From Oedothorax gibbosus (Eukaryota): a stretch of 64,000 nucleotides of DNA. The stretch's first letter is position 1. Every line of letters begins with the position of its first letter. The stretch spans positions 157,448 to 221,447 of the forward strand of contig JAFNEN010000097.1 of the NCBI GenBank assembly GCA_019343175.1. The letters run 5' to 3'. This document shows positions 63,223 to 64,000 of this stretch, in pieces. The position numbers and the translations under genes are program-made. The notes under the pieces are model-generated. The model saw only the letters and a program-made list of their open reading frames with translations. It ran no database searches and had not been told where the DNA came from.

Positions 63223-63552
63223 TTTGAATTATCGTCGCACTAGAGCTACACGGGGGTTATTGGCGACGGGTGTCGTATTTTAGAACCACAATCAAGTGAT
63301 GAGCCGACACCCGAGTAGGAACCCAACGCAACCGTTAAGGGCGACATCGTACGCAGCATTAGGACTTTGAAGGATATTTAACGTGCACTTCCTGCACACG
63401 GGGTATTATTTGCCGGACATTTTTGGCTGAGGGGGCCGTTTATAGGTCGGCAGGTATTTTGGCGATGCCCGGACCCGATTCTGGGATCTTCCGCATGCTA
63501 GGCGAATGGGGGGGGGGGGGGGGGCTTGGGGAGCCCAGTCGGTTAGGCAAGT
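63223..63552 (+). repeat. R2 SINE-like repeat, long copy with a 17-G run inserted near its 3' end
   Basis: About 85 to 90% identical to 62193-62512. It has the added gggggggggggggggggcttgggg at 63508-63524. Confidence 0.6.
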
Positions 63553-64000
63553 CATTAGACACTCCAGTCTACCCTCCCACTGCAGTAAACTACCTTTCAT
63601 ATTTGACGATCATTTAAAAATACCACTTAATAATATCCTACCGTTTAACATTAAACGTAATATTAAAACTAAACAATGTCTATAGTTTGTAAACGAACCT
63701 TTCAATTCTTCCTGAATTTCTACAAATCTCGATTTCTACCAAACAGAACCTTTCAAAACAGACTCCGCTGAATGTGCGTTCGATTATCGCAGAGCGTAAT
63801 TCAGCATAACCGGTGAAATCGGTTTTCCGCTTTCGCAGAAGCTAACTTCGTTCGGTCCATTAGTCTCAAAAAGCAGTAAACGGCCGTTAAAGAAACTCTT
63901 CAGTCATAATTCCATTAAGCCCTTTCAACAAAAGAATGTCTCGAAAACTAGATACGAAAAGTTTGGAGTGATGCTCGTTCTCGTTGCACTCTATATAATA

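Noticed and set aside
1-64000. Prokaryotic or phage interpretation of the window
   Set aside because: Long AT-rich non-coding stretches, GT-AG-bounded exons with consistent phase, and eukaryotic DNA-transposon families (pogo, hAT, Harbinger MITEs) show this is a metazoan nuclear locus.

Overview
This window looks eukaryotic (metazoan) and very AT-rich: it has spliced genes with GT-AG introns, which rules out a prokaryotic reading. One large + strand gene (about 3.75 to 45.3 kb) is reconstructed as 36 phase-consistent coding exons. It encodes a DUF4062-like N-terminal module, a NACHT P-loop NTPase (Walker A GTAGSGKTT, Walker B ILLIDGLD) and a long WD40-repeat C-terminus, the architecture of NWD1/NWD2-type STAND proteins. 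Its introns hold many DNA-transposon-derived insertions: a pogo/Tigger-like element with a frameshifted CENP-B/DDE transposase lying antisense in a 6.5-kb GC-AG intron, a related TA-flanked MITE, a hAT non-autonomous element with a perfect 8-bp TSD, a hAT-type MITE, a PIF/Harbinger-like (TTA TSD) MITE 24 bp from a splice donor, a 1.2-kb foldback element with ~545-bp arms, and several other TIR-bounded MITEs. Downstream of the gene (45.4 to 64 kb) I find no credible coding sequence. That region is repeat-dense: satellite-like ~120-bp repeats, a near-identical ~3.04-kb tandem duplication, a recurring ~75 to 320-bp SINE-like repeat (at least 9 copies, both orientations), a ~150-bp repeat, palindromic elements, and unusual long poly-G runs at repeat junctions that may be assembly artefacts. 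No tRNA or rRNA genes and no CRISPR arrays were recognised.
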